64,000 nucleotides of DNA from Acutalibacteraceae bacterium. Lineage in GTDB: Bacteria; Bacillota; Clostridia; Oscillospirales; Acutalibacteraceae. Both the position numbers and the translations under genes were made by a program. Below, piece by piece: positions 39,993 to 49,347 of this stretch. The DNA is taken from positions 60,306 through 124,305 of the forward strand of contig JBGVPE010000020.1 of assembly GCA_045126895.1 (NCBI GenBank), in the 5' to 3' direction. The notes under the pieces were generated by a model. That model worked only from the letters and a program-made list of their open reading frames with translations. It had not been told where the DNA came from and searched no databases. How positions within the stretch are numbered: the stretch's first letter is position 1; every line of letters starts with the position of its first letter.

Positions 39993-40691
39993 TTATTCTT
40001 TAACAATTGTTCCTATATTTTCACCTTTGACTGCTCTGATAATATTCTCAGGGTCTTCAAGGTTAAAAACAAGAATTGAAATACCGTTATCACGGCAGAG
40101 TGATGCAGCAGTACTGTCCATAACCTTGAGGCCTTTTGCAAGCACCTCAGAATGAGAAAGGACATCATATTTAACCGCATCATCAAACTTATTCGGGTCT
40201 TTATCATAAACACCGTCAACATTTGTTGCTTTAAAAATAATATCTGCCTGAATTTCAGCAGCTCTTAATGCAGCAGTTGTATCTGTTGAGAAAAACGGAC
40301 ATCCTGTTCCGCAGCCAAAAATCACAACCTCACCGTCTTCCAGGTGTTTAACTGCATCGCGGGCAACAAACTGCTCAGCTATAGGCTGCATACCAACAGC
40401 TGACATAACCCTTGCTTTTACGCCTAATTGCTCAAGAGCTTCACAAAGAGCAAGTGAATTCATAACAGTTGCAAGCATACCCATATTATCTGCTCTCGTT
40501 CTGTTCATATCACCGCTTGAACGGCCGCGCCAGAAGTTACCGCCGCCCACAACAAGACCAACCTGAACACCGGTGTCAACAACTTGTTTAACATAGGAAC
40601 AAACATTGGTAACTGTATCAAAATCAATACCGTGACCGGCTTCTCCTGCAAGCACCTCACCGCTTAATTTCAGAAGTATTCTTTTATACAT
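39993..40691 (-). CDS. pyrH: UMP kinase
   Basis: [11 protein letters not shown] and [10 protein letters not shown]. Start at ATG 40691 behind GGAGGG; the track start is 40721. Confidence 0.95.
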   Translation of the reverse strand: MYKRILLKLSGEVLAGEAGHGIDFDTVTNVCSYVKQVVDTGVQVGLVVGGGNFWRGRSSGDMNRTRADNMGMLATVMNSLALCEALEQLGVKARVMSAVGMQPIAEQFVARDAVKHLEDGEVVIFGCGTGCPFFSTDTTAALRAAEIQADIIFKATNVDGVYDKDPNKFDDAVKYDVLSHSEVLAKGLKVMDSTAASLCRDNGISILVFNLEDPENIIRAVKGENIGTIVKE

Positions 40692-40919
40692 AAAATCCCT
40701 CCGACCTACATTTATATTCAATTTATTTTAACTTAAAATCGGCTTTATGTAAAGAGTAATTTATATAAAATTTATATATTTTTCTTTACCTGACCTTTTT
40801 GAAATATAAATTCAAAAATATCTGAAAATATGCAATAAATTTCTCTTTTGATATAGACAAAAAACACTTAAAATAGTATAATAATCGATGTATGTATTAT
40901 TTTGAATGGAGGCGATAAA

Positions 40920-41849
40920 ATGTTGTACCCTAAGGTAAGCGTAGTTATACCTACCTATAAGCGCGCGCACTTTTTAAGCAGAGCTATCGACTCCGTTTTA
41001 GCTCAGACATACCCTAATGTTGAGGTTATTGTTGTAGATGATAATGCTAATGACGCCGAAAGCAGAGAAAGCACTAAGCAGACAATGCGTACTTATGAAA
41101 ATAACGAAAAAGTACGATATATTCTCAGCTCCGAAAAATTAGGCGGAGGTCCTGCCCGTAATTTAGGTATTGACTCTGCTGACGGTGAATATATAACTTT
41201 CCTCGATGATGACGATGCTTATGAGCCGCCAAAAATCGAGATGCAGCTTAAATTCATGATGATGCATAATCTTGATTTCTGTTTTTCAGACCTTCATCTG
41301 TACAATCATGACGGAACAAAAATCGTTGAGCATCGCACCCGTCCTTATGTTAAAAGCTGGGACCCTGAGCATTTATTGAAGATGCATATTCTTTATTCAA
41401 TTTCAGGCACTGACTGTTATATGGCAAAAAAAGAGCTGCTTCTTAACATAGGCGGTTTCAGAGATGTTAAAGTCGGCCAGGAATTCCTTTTGATGTGGGA
41501 TGTACTTGAAGCTGCACAAAAAGACTCTTACAAAGTAGGCTACTACCCTAACTCATATATCAGGATGTATCTTCATAAAGGAGAAAGAGTTTCTGTAGGT
41601 CATAATAAAATTGCCGGTGAAGAGGATATTTATAAATTAAAGTGTTCCAAAAAACATACATTCAACAAAAAGCAGGCAAGATATATTGACTTCCGCCATT
41701 ATATGGTGTTATGCGTTGCTTGTAAAAGAAGCTTTAAACCTGCAGCAAGTTTAAAGCATCTGCTTACTGCATTCAATATTTCACCCTATGACTTCTTTAA
41801 TGAGTTAATTATTGACATAAAAAAGAAAAATACTTTCAGACGCAAATAA
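40920..41849 (+). CDS. GT2-family glycosyltransferase
   Basis: VSVVIPTYKR...VIVVDDNA and the FLDDDD DxD motif. Start at ATG 40920 behind GGAGG. Confidence 0.85.
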   Translation: MLYPKVSVVIPTYKRAHFLSRAIDSVLAQTYPNVEVIVVDDNANDAESRESTKQTMRTYENNEKVRYILSSEKLGGGPARNLGIDSADGEYITFLDDDDAYEPPKIEMQLKFMMMHNLDFCFSDLHLYNHDGTKIVEHRTRPYVKSWDPEHLLKMHILYSISGTDCYMAKKELLLNIGGFRDVKVGQEFLLMWDVLEAAQKDSYKVGYYPNSYIRMYLHKGERVSVGHNKIAGEEDIYKLKCSKKHTFNKKQARYIDFRHYMVLCVACKRSFKPAASLKHLLTAFNISPYDFFNELIIDIKKKNTFRRK

Positions 41850-41865
41850 TCTAAGGAGGGCTTGT

Positions 41866-43140
41866 ATGCCTAAAATCAAAGCTGAAAACAGAATAGGCTC
41901 TGACAAAGGCAACATGTTTTTTGAACGTTTTTTTACAATCGGTTTTTTTGTCCTCATTGTCGGTTATTACATTTTTCACGATACCAGAAGTCTTATGACT
42001 GCATCTGTAGGATTCGGCTTAATAACAGGTGCTTTATTAACACTTAACAATCTTAAAGCTTCAAAGGTGAAATTGCCTTTAGGCGCTTTTTGGTATTTCT
42101 TGTTTTTTGTTTACAGTGAAGCTTCTTCAATGTGGTCAATCAGACCTCTTTTTTCTGCTCAGTACTACCTTGTAGTTATGATTTTGATAATTCTGTTGTC
42201 GTTTTTTATGTCGCAGTATGTTTTCGTTGTTTCTGATGCAGAAAATTTGTTAAAAGTATTTATTTATTCTGTTTTGTTCATCTCAATTATTCAGCTTGTA
42301 TTTACACCTGTTGATGAGATAACTGCAGGCTTCCTTGGTTCACGTATCGGTGGTAACAACCCTAACACCTTCGGATATATCAATATGTTTTCTACAATAA
42401 TATCTTTCTACTTTGCTTATATCAAAAGTGATAAGAAATATTATTGGCTTGTAGCTATTTTCTTCGTTTTCAGCTTTTTATCAAGCTCAAGAAAAGCTAT
42501 TTCAATGAGCCTTGCAGGTATAATGCTGATAATTCTTTTTGCCATAAAAAGAAGACATCACCTTTTACACTTCGCTATTCTTGGTTTTGCAGCGGTTATT
42601 TCTTTAATTCTCATTATTGAAATCGATTTCTTATTCGATATCGTAGGCAATCGATTTTCAACACTTATCAACTTCATCCGTTTCGGACCTGTTGAAGGCG
42701 GACGAGGCAGCCTTGAAATGAGAAGCTACTTTATTGAGTTTGCAAAAATCCTGTTTCATGAGAAGCCTATTGCAGGCCACGGACTTGCTTGCTTTTCTAT
42801 TCTTCTCGGTACAGAAAGTAATGCCGGTATTGCCGTTTATGCCCACAATAATTTTTGGGAAATACTTGCCGACTTAGGTATTTTAGGCTTTATTATATAC
42901 TATTGGTTTTATGCTTTTCTTATCATCAAATCAATAATAAAAATTTTTCAGAAGAACAATTCAAGTACCATTCACATACTTGTTTTAACAATAGTAGTAA
43001 CCGAATTAATTCTTGAGTTTGGTGTTGTTTCTATGACATCATTCTACCCTCAAGTTATTATGGCGTTAGCTTATTTGTGTTCGTCAGCTTCCAATTCGAA
43101 GAGAAAATTCCACTATTCACCTAATCAGGTTAAGGGGTAA
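41866..43140 (+). CDS. O-antigen ligase/polymerase (Wzy-like) polytopic membrane protein
   Basis: 424 aa, roughly 10 or more TM segments with one larger loop (RFGPVEGGRGSLEMRS...HGLA). Its position between two GT genes supports the call. Confidence 0.7.
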   Translation: MPKIKAENRIGSDKGNMFFERFFTIGFFVLIVGYYIFHDTRSLMTASVGFGLITGALLTLNNLKASKVKLPLGAFWYFLFFVYSEASSMWSIRPLFSAQYYLVVMILIILLSFFMSQYVFVVSDAENLLKVFIYSVLFISIIQLVFTPVDEITAGFLGSRIGGNNPNTFGYINMFSTIISFYFAYIKSDKKYYWLVAIFFVFSFLSSSRKAISMSLAGIMLIILFAIKRRHHLLHFAILGFAAVISLILIIEIDFLFDIVGNRFSTLINFIRFGPVEGGRGSLEMRSYFIEFAKILFHEKPIAGHGLACFSILLGTESNAGIAVYAHNNFWEILADLGILGFIIYYWFYAFLIIKSIIKIFQKNNSSTIHILVLTIVVTELILEFGVVSMTSFYPQVIMALAYLCSSASNSKRKFHYSPNQVKG

Positions 43141-43143
43141 TTT

Positions 43144-44247
43144 ATGAAAAATATTTTATTTGCTCTGAATTTTAACAATTCTTTTGAGGGCAGCTTTATG
43201 CGTTCTATACTCACTTTAAGTGAGCAAATCAAGAATGACGGCGGCAAGGTTGTTTATTTGTTGCCGGATGATTCAAAAAGTAATTCATGGACTCAGGCCC
43301 TGAAAGATATCGGTGACGCTGTTTTCTTCTGCAAAAACAGTATAAGCGGAGCCATAAAAAATTCAAAACTTATAAAAAAGATAATTAAAGATTACGATAT
43401 AAAAATCATTCATTCTCATTTTTGCAGTTACACTCAGCATATACCTATTGCCCTGGCAAAAGGACTTAATAAAAACATTGATTATATAGTTCATGTTCAT
43501 AAAAACTCACCGAAAAGAAATCCTTTATATGAGAAACTTGCAATTTTCATCACAAACGCAACAGTTTATATTGGAGTAAGCGAATCAATAAGCAACGACC
43601 TGTCAATCAACGGCAGACCTACGCTTACACTTGCGAATGCAGTTGATTTTTCAAGGCTTGAGTTTTCTGACGCTTCAATAAAAAAATCAGATTATATTGC
43701 AGACGGTTGCGAAAAAACGCTTCTGATGTTTGGTCATGACTTTAAAGAAAAAGGTGTTGACGATATAATAAGAATGCTTATGGATTTTGATAAAGAACAT
43801 AAAATCCAGCTTCTTATTGCCGTTTCAGAAAATGTAGATGACGGTTTAAAAGCCGTTAAAGAGTTATGCGGTGATGTTCCTGATTGGATTAAGCTCTTAC
43901 CTGCGAGAAACGATGTGGCTACTTATTTTAAACTTGCCGATGCATTTATACTTGCTAACAAAAAAGAAGGCAGTCCGTATACTATGATTGAGAGCGCTTA
44001 TATGGGTGTTCCGATTATTTATTATAACATCCCCGGCCAGAACGAGATGTGTATCCCTTGGTCCGTTAAAGTCAACCCTGATAATCCGCAAGAGACTTAC
44101 AAAGCTCTTTGTGAAATTTACAGAGAAGACGAAAAAGAAACATATTCAATGGGTCTTGAATCAAAAGAGTATGTTATCAAAAACTATTCTTTAGGAACAT
44201 GGGTGTATGAGATGTTGAATATTTATAAAAATATTCAACGAATGTAA
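43144..44247 (+). CDS. GT4-family (GT-B) glycosyltransferase
   Basis: C-terminal EGSPYTMIESAYMGVPII (EX7E-type motif). 367 aa. Confidence 0.8.
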   Translation: MKNILFALNFNNSFEGSFMRSILTLSEQIKNDGGKVVYLLPDDSKSNSWTQALKDIGDAVFFCKNSISGAIKNSKLIKKIIKDYDIKIIHSHFCSYTQHIPIALAKGLNKNIDYIVHVHKNSPKRNPLYEKLAIFITNATVYIGVSESISNDLSINGRPTLTLANAVDFSRLEFSDASIKKSDYIADGCEKTLLMFGHDFKEKGVDDIIRMLMDFDKEHKIQLLIAVSENVDDGLKAVKELCGDVPDWIKLLPARNDVATYFKLADAFILANKKEGSPYTMIESAYMGVPIIYYNIPGQNEMCIPWSVKVNPDNPQETYKALCEIYREDEKETYSMGLESKEYVIKNYSLGTWVYEMLNIYKNIQRM

Positions 44248-44261
44248 CAGGAGGTATTACT

Positions 44262-45743
44262 TTGTACTACGAAAAAAAGGAAAACAATAAAGGCATTCAG
44301 GTTAATATAGTTGCTTTTATGCGACTTGCAATTAAGAAAATTTGGGTTATCGTTGCGCTTGCATTGGTTTTCACTATTGCAGGCATAGTTGCTTCAAATA
44401 TGATAGTCAAAGAAACATATACATCAAAGGTTTCTTTCGTTGTTAATACTATCGGTGACTCTTCATTGGCAGAAAACTCTGATGTTTCTGCTTCAATCAG
44501 CATCGCTTCCACATATAAGTACATTCTTCAGAGCCGTCCGGTTCTTGAAGCTGCAGTAAAAAACAGTGCTGTTCCCGTAACTTACGGTGAGGTAGACGCC
44601 GCCGTTCTTGTTGAAGCTATTACATCATCAAGCGTTCTTGAAATGACAATCAAAACAGATAATCCTCAGAAATCATATGCAATTGCAAAAGCCATAGTTG
44701 AAACTTATGGCGATATTGTTCCTGAAATTTATTCTAATGCTAATCTTAAAATCTGTGAATATCCTACAGAGGCAGTTGCCCCTAACTCAAATGCATCAAA
44801 AACACTTGTTCCTTTATTAGGATTCCTGCTCGGTGCAATAATCGGAATTATACTTCTTCTCATCTACTACCTTGTGAATGACACAATCCGCGATGTTGAA
44901 GAAATCGACAGCAAGGTTGGCCTTAACATTCTTGGTACAGTAAGCAAAATTGATTCTAAAAAGAAAAAGGTTTCAGGCGGCTTACTGCTGACAAATAAGA
45001 ATGTAGGTTTTGCATTCACTGAAACATTCAAAGCTATCAGAACAAAGGTTGAAAGTAACGCTGTTAAAGAAAATAACAATGTTTATATGGTTACCAGTGC
45101 TTGTGAGAACGAAGGTAAGACCACTGTTTCTTGTAACCTTGCAATTACACTTGCACAAAACGGTAAATCTGTTCTTCTCATTGACGCCGACTTGAGAAAA
45201 CCTGCTGTCAGCACCCTGCTTGAGCTTGACAAGAGTCAGGCTAAAGGTCTCGGCAGTGTTATTTCAGGCAAAAGTACTCTCGAATCAACAATCAGATATA
45301 TTGAAAAATATAATATCTTTGTTATTGCTGACACACATGCATCTGAAAATCCGTCAGAGCTTCTTTCAACCAAAACAATGGCTGATATAGTTAAGGCTGT
45401 CCGTAGTGAATTTGACTTTATCATTATTGACACAGCACCTGCAAGTGTTGTAACTGACGCCAGTGTTATCTCTTCACTTTCAGACGCTGCTATTCTTGTT
45501 ATCTGTGAAAACAACGCCCCTGTAAACCGTATCAGAATGTCTATTGATGATATTAACAACGGTGGCGCTCAGGTTATCGGTTGTGTTTATAACAACACTG
45601 TTACCGGCACCAAAAAAGGTTATGGTAGAAAATACGGCAAATATGGATACGGCAGATATGGCTACGGCTCTTACGGTTCATATGGCTCATATGGTTATGG
45701 CGGTTATGGTTACGGTTACGGCCAGAATAAAACCGGTAAATAA
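44262..45743 (+). CDS. Fused Wzz-type chain-length modulator and BY-kinase (Wzc-like) with a Gly/Tyr-rich tail
   Basis: TTG start behind AGGAGG. Two TM helices flank a Wzz-like loop. Walker A is SACENEGKTT, Walker A' is LLIDADLRKP, and Walker B is IIIDTAP. The C-terminal tail YGRKYGKYGYGRYGYGSYGSYGSYGYGGYGYGYG has 13 Tyr. Confidence 0.85.
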   Translation: MYYEKKENNKGIQVNIVAFMRLAIKKIWVIVALALVFTIAGIVASNMIVKETYTSKVSFVVNTIGDSSLAENSDVSASISIASTYKYILQSRPVLEAAVKNSAVPVTYGEVDAAVLVEAITSSSVLEMTIKTDNPQKSYAIAKAIVETYGDIVPEIYSNANLKICEYPTEAVAPNSNASKTLVPLLGFLLGAIIGIILLLIYYLVNDTIRDVEEIDSKVGLNILGTVSKIDSKKKKVSGGLLLTNKNVGFAFTETFKAIRTKVESNAVKENNNVYMVTSACENEGKTTVSCNLAITLAQNGKSVLLIDADLRKPAVSTLLELDKSQAKGLGSVISGKSTLESTIRYIEKYNIFVIADTHASENPSELLSTKTMADIVKAVRSEFDFIIIDTAPASVVTDASVISSLSDAAILVICENNAPVNRIRMSIDDINNGGAQVIGCVYNNTVTGTKKGYGRKYGKYGYGRYGYGSYGSYGSYGYGGYGYGYGQNKTGK

Positions 45744-45762
45744 TAAAACTTAATCAACAAAA

Positions 45763-45801
45763 AACCTCTTTCGCATAAAATAAAGCGAAGGAGGTTTTTT
45801 T
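45763..45801 (+). terminator. Terminator hairpin whose 3' arm contains the RBS of the next gene
   Basis: AACCTCTTTCGC-ataaaataaa-GCGAAGGAGGTT, then TTTTTTT, then ATG 45802. Confidence 0.7.
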
Positions 45802-46461
45802 ATGAACGATATAGAAAACATAATTGAAAAATACAAAAAAGAGCTGATGGAATTTGCAGCTCAAAACCCGCCGGTTATTTCTGAAGCTATCCCAGTTATA
45901 GCAGAAATGAATAAACCGGAGCCTGAGCAAATCACGGTTGACGAAGAACCGATACCTGTAGCGGAGGGCGGCGTAATAGGCAACTTTTTTCCTCAATACG
46001 ATAGTTATGATGAATTTTTATCTTTAAATACTGAAAGAGGAGAGCTAAAGGTTCAGGTTTTTGCAGCTAATCAGACTTTCCCTGTTTCAGGTGCAAGAGT
46101 GAATGTGTTTTTGCCACTAAGCAATAACAGCAGGGTTGATTTATTTGAGGGGCTGACCGATATTAACGGCATTGTTGACGGTATAGTTTTACCTGCACCT
46201 TTGATGGAATATTCTCAATCACCCGAAACAGCAAACATCAGACCTTTTGCAACATATTCAATTTTAGTAACACATCCTGATTTTGCAAATGCAAGATTTC
46301 TCAATGTACCTGTTTTTTCAAACACTAAATCTATTCAGGGCGTTGAATTGGTGCCGCTTGTGAACACAGGTGAAGTCCCCGGTGAGAATGTTACCTCATC
46401 CCCTGAGCCTTATCTTAATTTAAGAGGAGGTAATGAAAATGGCAACACCGATAATTCCTGA
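45802..46461 (+). CDS. SleC N-terminal (pre-pro region)-like protein
   Basis: 219 aa. ...ARVNVFLP...GIVDGIVLPAPLMEYSQSPETANIRPFATYSILVTHPDF... resembles, from my memory of C. difficile SleC, its N-terminal region (VNIYS...GLVLPAPDVDYSLQPSDVRPYSQYIV). Confidence 0.55.
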   Translation: MNDIENIIEKYKKELMEFAAQNPPVISEAIPVIAEMNKPEPEQITVDEEPIPVAEGGVIGNFFPQYDSYDEFLSLNTERGELKVQVFAANQTFPVSGARVNVFLPLSNNSRVDLFEGLTDINGIVDGIVLPAPLMEYSQSPETANIRPFATYSILVTHPDFANARFLNVPVFSNTKSIQGVELVPLVNTGEVPGENVTSSPEPYLNLRGGNENGNTDNS

Positions 46462-47782
46462 ATTCATTACCGTTCACCTTGGTCCGCCTAATTCAAATGC
46501 AAGAAATGTAAGAGTTTCTTTTCCTGAATATATAAAAAATGTAGCTTCAAGTGAAATATACCCTACATGGCCCGAGAACGCTATAAGAGCCAACATTTAC
46601 GCTCAGACAACATTCGCCCTGAACAGAATTTTCAATGAATATTACCGTTCTCAGGGCTATGATTTTGATATTACAAACTCAACTCAGTTTGACCAGTCAT
46701 TCCAACCCGGCAGAGACATTTTTGAAAATATAAGCAGAATTGTTGATGAGCTTTTTAATGATTATGTTGTACGGCAAGGTCAGGTTCAGCCTTATTTCAC
46801 TCAATACTGTAACGGCACCACCGTTACTTGTGACGGCCTTTCACAATGGGGAACAGTTTCACTTGCAAACAGGGGTTTAGCCCCCTATCAGATGCTGCAA
46901 AGAGCATACGGTAACGATATAAATATTGTATTCAATGCTCCGATCAAAGGTAACATCCCCTCGTACCCCGGTCTGCCTTTACGCTTGGGAAGTGCCGGTG
47001 AAGATGTGCGTACTATTCAGCGACAGCTTAACAGAATAGGCAGAAATTACCCTGCAATCCCCCGAATCAGCAACACAAACGGAATTTTTGAAGCACAGAC
47101 AGAAGCTGCAGTAAAGCAATTTCAAAGAATCTTCAATCTGAGAGATGACGGTATTGTAGGTAAACTCACATGGTATAAAATCAAATATCTTTATAACGGT
47201 GTGAAAGGTTTGTCAGAGCTTTATTCAGAAGGCATTTCAATAAGTGAGGCAGACAGAGCTTTTTCTGCCATTGTCCGCCGGGGAGACAGAGGAATCCCGG
47301 TTCAGACAATTCAGTATTATCTGAATTTTCTTGCATTTTTTAATCCAAAATTAAGCCCTGTTAATGTTGATGGTATTTTCGGTCAGCAGACCTATGACGC
47401 TGTGCTTACATTTCAGAATCAATACGGACTTAATGTTGACGGTATTGTAGGCCGTGATACATGGAATATGCTCCAGAATGCATACCAGGGTGTACTTAAT
47501 TCTTTACCTAATCAATATAAGAATTTTGCTTCATTGATTTATCCCGGGTATTTTATAACTACAGGTGCTACAGGCTCAGCAGTTTCGCAGGTTCAGCGAT
47601 TTATCCAAAGAATAGCCGCAGTAGACCCATCTATTCCTTCTGTTACAGTCGACGGTGTTTACGGTCCGCAGACAGCAGCAGCCGTGCGTGCAATTCAGGC
47701 ACAGGCAGGATACACTCAGACAGGTCAGGTCGGTCCGCAGACATGGCTTTATATGGCAGACCTTTATGATGAGTTAAGTTAA
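46439..47782 (+). CDS. SleC-like spore cortex-lytic enzyme: catalytic domain plus three PG_binding_1-like repeats
   Basis: PIIPEFITVHLGPP...FPEYIKNVASSEIYPTWPENAIRANIYAQTTFALNRIFNEYYRSQGYDFDITNST matches the SleC core. Three repeats of the type G..G..V..IQ..LN......P.....DGIFG..T..AV..FQ. Start at ATG 46439, 8 nt after AGGAGG; track start 46433. Confidence 0.7.
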   Translation: MATPIIPEFITVHLGPPNSNARNVRVSFPEYIKNVASSEIYPTWPENAIRANIYAQTTFALNRIFNEYYRSQGYDFDITNSTQFDQSFQPGRDIFENISRIVDELFNDYVVRQGQVQPYFTQYCNGTTVTCDGLSQWGTVSLANRGLAPYQMLQRAYGNDINIVFNAPIKGNIPSYPGLPLRLGSAGEDVRTIQRQLNRIGRNYPAIPRISNTNGIFEAQTEAAVKQFQRIFNLRDDGIVGKLTWYKIKYLYNGVKGLSELYSEGISISEADRAFSAIVRRGDRGIPVQTIQYYLNFLAFFNPKLSPVNVDGIFGQQTYDAVLTFQNQYGLNVDGIVGRDTWNMLQNAYQGVLNSLPNQYKNFASLIYPGYFITTGATGSAVSQVQRFIQRIAAVDPSIPSVTVDGVYGPQTAAAVRAIQAQAGYTQTGQVGPQTWLYMADLYDELS

Positions 47783-47842
47783 GGAATAATTTTTTATTGG
47801 CAGTAAATAATAGTTATAAATATTTGTAAACGGGGTATGTAA

Positions 47843-49270
47843 ATGGATAAGCAGATTCCTTTTAAAGATACTTATAACGGAAATATTGCTCTTTTAGATA
47901 ATTTTTTCAGAGTAAATCAGAATTTTGACATTGTTGCCCGTGAAATCAAAATCGCATCCCGCAGTGCAAAAATGTACTTTATAGACGGATTTGCAAAAGA
48001 TGAAGTGCTTGAAAGAATTATGGCTTTTATTATGAAAATATCTGATGACGATATTGCTCATTGTAATACAACAAGAGATTTTGCAAATAAGTTTTTGCCA
48101 TATATTGAAATAGATGTCCACAGCGATTTAGCACCTTTTTCAACTTTTATTTATGCAGGAGCAATCGGTCTTATTATTGACGGATTCCCCGGAGGAATTA
48201 TAATTGATGCAAGAACCTACCCCGTCAGAAGTGTGGATGAACCTGATAATGACAGAGTTTTGCGAGGCGCTCGGGAAGGCTTTGTTGAAACGCTGATTTT
48301 TAACACTGCACTTATACGCCGCAGAATCCGCGACAGAGAGCTTACAATGGAAATTCATCAGGTAGGCAAACGCTCACATACAGATGTTGTCATGTGTTAC
48401 CTTGAAAATAAGGTAGATAAAAAGATGCTGAAAAAAATGCAGAAAAGGCTTGATAATATTGATGTAAATGCGCTTTCAATGAGTCAGGAAAGTCTGGCAG
48501 AATGCCTTGTAAAAAAGCAGTATTTCAACCCTTTCCCAAAAGTGAGATACACCGAAAGGCCTGATGCTGCTTCTGCCTGCATATATGAAGGTGATATCAT
48601 CGTTATTGTTGACGGCTCACCTGCTGCGATGATTGTACCAACAAGTTTTTTTGAGTTTCTTCAGGATACCAATGACTTTTACTTCCCGCCAATTGTAGGC
48701 TCATACCTGAGAATTGTCAGGGCTATAATTTTCGGCCTTGCATTATTGCTCACACCCGTATGGTATCTTCTTATATCAAACCCGGATATGATACCTGAAT
48801 GGCTGTCGTTTATTCAGATAAAAGAACCTTACAGCGTGCCGATTTTTATTCAGCTGATGATAATAGAGCTTGTGGTCGATGCCTTTAAATTAGCATCATT
48901 AAATACGCCCAATTCTTTGAGCAACTCATTAAGTATAATCGGAGCTTTGGTTTTAGGTGAGTTGGCTGTTTCTGCAAAGCTGTTTTCTTCAGAGGTTGTA
49001 TTGTTTATGGCATTTGTAGCAATTGCTAACTTCGCTCAGCCAAGCATAGAATTAGGCTATGCATTTAAACTTTCACGCGTATTTATTCTTGTAATGACAG
49101 CCTTATTTAATGTCGCAGGTTTCGCCGTTGCACTTGCTATGACTATTTTAACAATAGCCTTCACAAGCACAATTTCAGGTAAAAGCTATCTTTACCCGGT
49201 TATCCCTTTTAATGCAAAAGTTTTAGCAAGTCTGCTTTTCAGGTTGCCGATAAATAACAAGAATAACTGA
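47843..49270 (+). CDS. GerA-family spore germination protein (A-subunit / SpoVAF-like)
   Basis: 475 aa. The soluble N-terminal half has family blocks (GAREGFVETLIFNTALIRRRI), and the C-terminal half has about 5 TM helices. Confidence 0.8.
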   Translation: MDKQIPFKDTYNGNIALLDNFFRVNQNFDIVAREIKIASRSAKMYFIDGFAKDEVLERIMAFIMKISDDDIAHCNTTRDFANKFLPYIEIDVHSDLAPFSTFIYAGAIGLIIDGFPGGIIIDARTYPVRSVDEPDNDRVLRGAREGFVETLIFNTALIRRRIRDRELTMEIHQVGKRSHTDVVMCYLENKVDKKMLKKMQKRLDNIDVNALSMSQESLAECLVKKQYFNPFPKVRYTERPDAASACIYEGDIIVIVDGSPAAMIVPTSFFEFLQDTNDFYFPPIVGSYLRIVRAIIFGLALLLTPVWYLLISNPDMIPEWLSFIQIKEPYSVPIFIQLMIIELVVDAFKLASLNTPNSLSNSLSIIGALVLGELAVSAKLFSSEVVLFMAFVAIANFAQPSIELGYAFKLSRVFILVMTALFNVAGFAVALAMTILTIAFTSTISGKSYLYPVIPFNAKVLASLLFRLPINNKNN

Positions 49271-49287
49271 TATCTTAACAATATCAC

Positions 49288-49331
49288 AAAAAACTACCGA
49301 TACACTTTATATCAGCGTATCGGTAGTTTTA
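49288..49331. terminator. Bidirectional terminator between the convergent gerA-like and GH89 genes
   Basis: ACTACCGATAC ... GTATCGGTAGT stem flanked by A- and T-runs. Confidence 0.8.
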
Positions 49332-49347
49332 ATTTAACAAGCAGAAT

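Noticed and set aside
45544-45753. 69-aa alternative-frame ORF over the Gly-Tyr tail of the kinase gene, and similar Q/L-rich alternative-frame ORFs at 53099-53485, 56647-56922 and 57607-57966
   Set aside because: They are alternative readings of repetitive GCT/GGT/TAT-rich coding DNA inside well-supported genes, with no independent start signals.
46433-46461. Simple frameshift pseudogene of sleC
   Set aside because: I have not fully excluded this. However, the downstream frame begins with an ATG correctly spaced from a strong AGGAGG, and both parts are otherwise intact. I therefore report it as a possibly genuine split and flag read-level verification.
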